A stretch of 64,000 bases of DNA, from assembly GCF_036321535.1 (NCBI RefSeq), contig NC_087472.1, positions 98,086,001 to 98,150,000 of the forward strand, written 5' to 3'. The notes under the pieces are model-generated. The model did not search any database and had not been told where the DNA came from. It was given only the letters and a program-made list of their open reading frames with translations. Positions 63,400 to 64,000 of the stretch are shown here, in pieces. The position numbers and the translations under genes are program-made. Source of the stretch: Camelus dromedarius. Its lineage: Eukaryota. The first letter of the stretch is position 1, and every line of letters begins with the position of its first letter.

Positions 63400-63670
63400 G
63401 CAGTCCGTGTGCTCCGGCAAAATGCATCACTCATTGCCCCCTTGACATGACATTTACAAATGGCTTCCTGTTGCCGGAGGATAAAAGCTGAAATCTTTAC
63501 ACTGCCTACAAGGCCTGTGAGCTTCAGCCCCTCCTCTCCCTTCAGTTCTATCTTGTGTCCCCTTTCCCCTCCAGCTCTGAGCTCCAATCACACCGGGCTT
63601 CTTGGGTTTCCTCAAAGGCACCAGCTGGACAGAGGCTCTGCTCATGCAACTCTTTCCGCGTGGGTTAAAA
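63400..63670 (-). mobile_element. L2 fragment
   Basis: ggataaaagctgaaatcttt..caaggccctgtg-like motif..ctccaatcacaccgggcttctt. Confidence 0.5.
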
Positions 63671-64000
63671 TTGGAGACATTTGAAATGTTAGACCCATAA
63701 TCTGTGGGGGACAAATTATATGGCTGGATTGGTTTGGGCAAGTCACATAATTTTCTTGACCTTCGCTTCCTCAGATGTAGGGCAAAGACAGAAATAAACA
63801 ATGAGGGCCAACATCACAGAATTAGAATGAGGAACCATAGAGAAAACAAATGATTCACTAAAGGAATAAAATTAGTAACAAGAAATGCACGGGCCTTGAG
63901 GAAGTGAATTTATGAATTCAGAATAGACAGCAGGTAGGAGAAGCAGTTCAATTTGGAACTCAGTCTAAAAGGCCACTACAGGAAATCTCTGGTTAGTGCC

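Noticed and set aside
62970..63491. 173-aa + strand ORF (likewise 9746..10210 and 59683..60081)
   Set aside because: Non-ATG starts, intronic antisense, no recognisable homology; lengths are compatible with chance.

Overview
Mammalian genomic DNA from inside PHEX (X-linked phosphate-regulating M13 zinc metallopeptidase), which runs on the minus strand. Nine consecutive coding exons (4-12 in human numbering) can be read directly. All have GT-AG boundaries and compatible phases, and together give 1055 nt of open frame; the gene continues beyond both window edges. The rest is intron, mostly transposon remnants: old L1M, L2, L3/CR1, MIR, MER5-type hAT and Tigger MITEs, MaLR LTRs, and a dense set of ERV1-like solo LTRs in intron 11 that all point antisense to PHEX. 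One tRNA-Ala-derived SINE with target-site duplications and a cetartiodactyl-type L1 3' end suggest a camelid genome. Repeat family names and human residue comparisons are from memory and need RepeatMasker/alignment confirmation. I found no convincing novel biological system. The most notable items are retrotransposition structures (twin-priming-like L1 inversion, composite LTR, solo poly(A) and micro-L1 insertions with TSDs), the antisense LTR cluster, and a few non-conservative PHEX substitutions.
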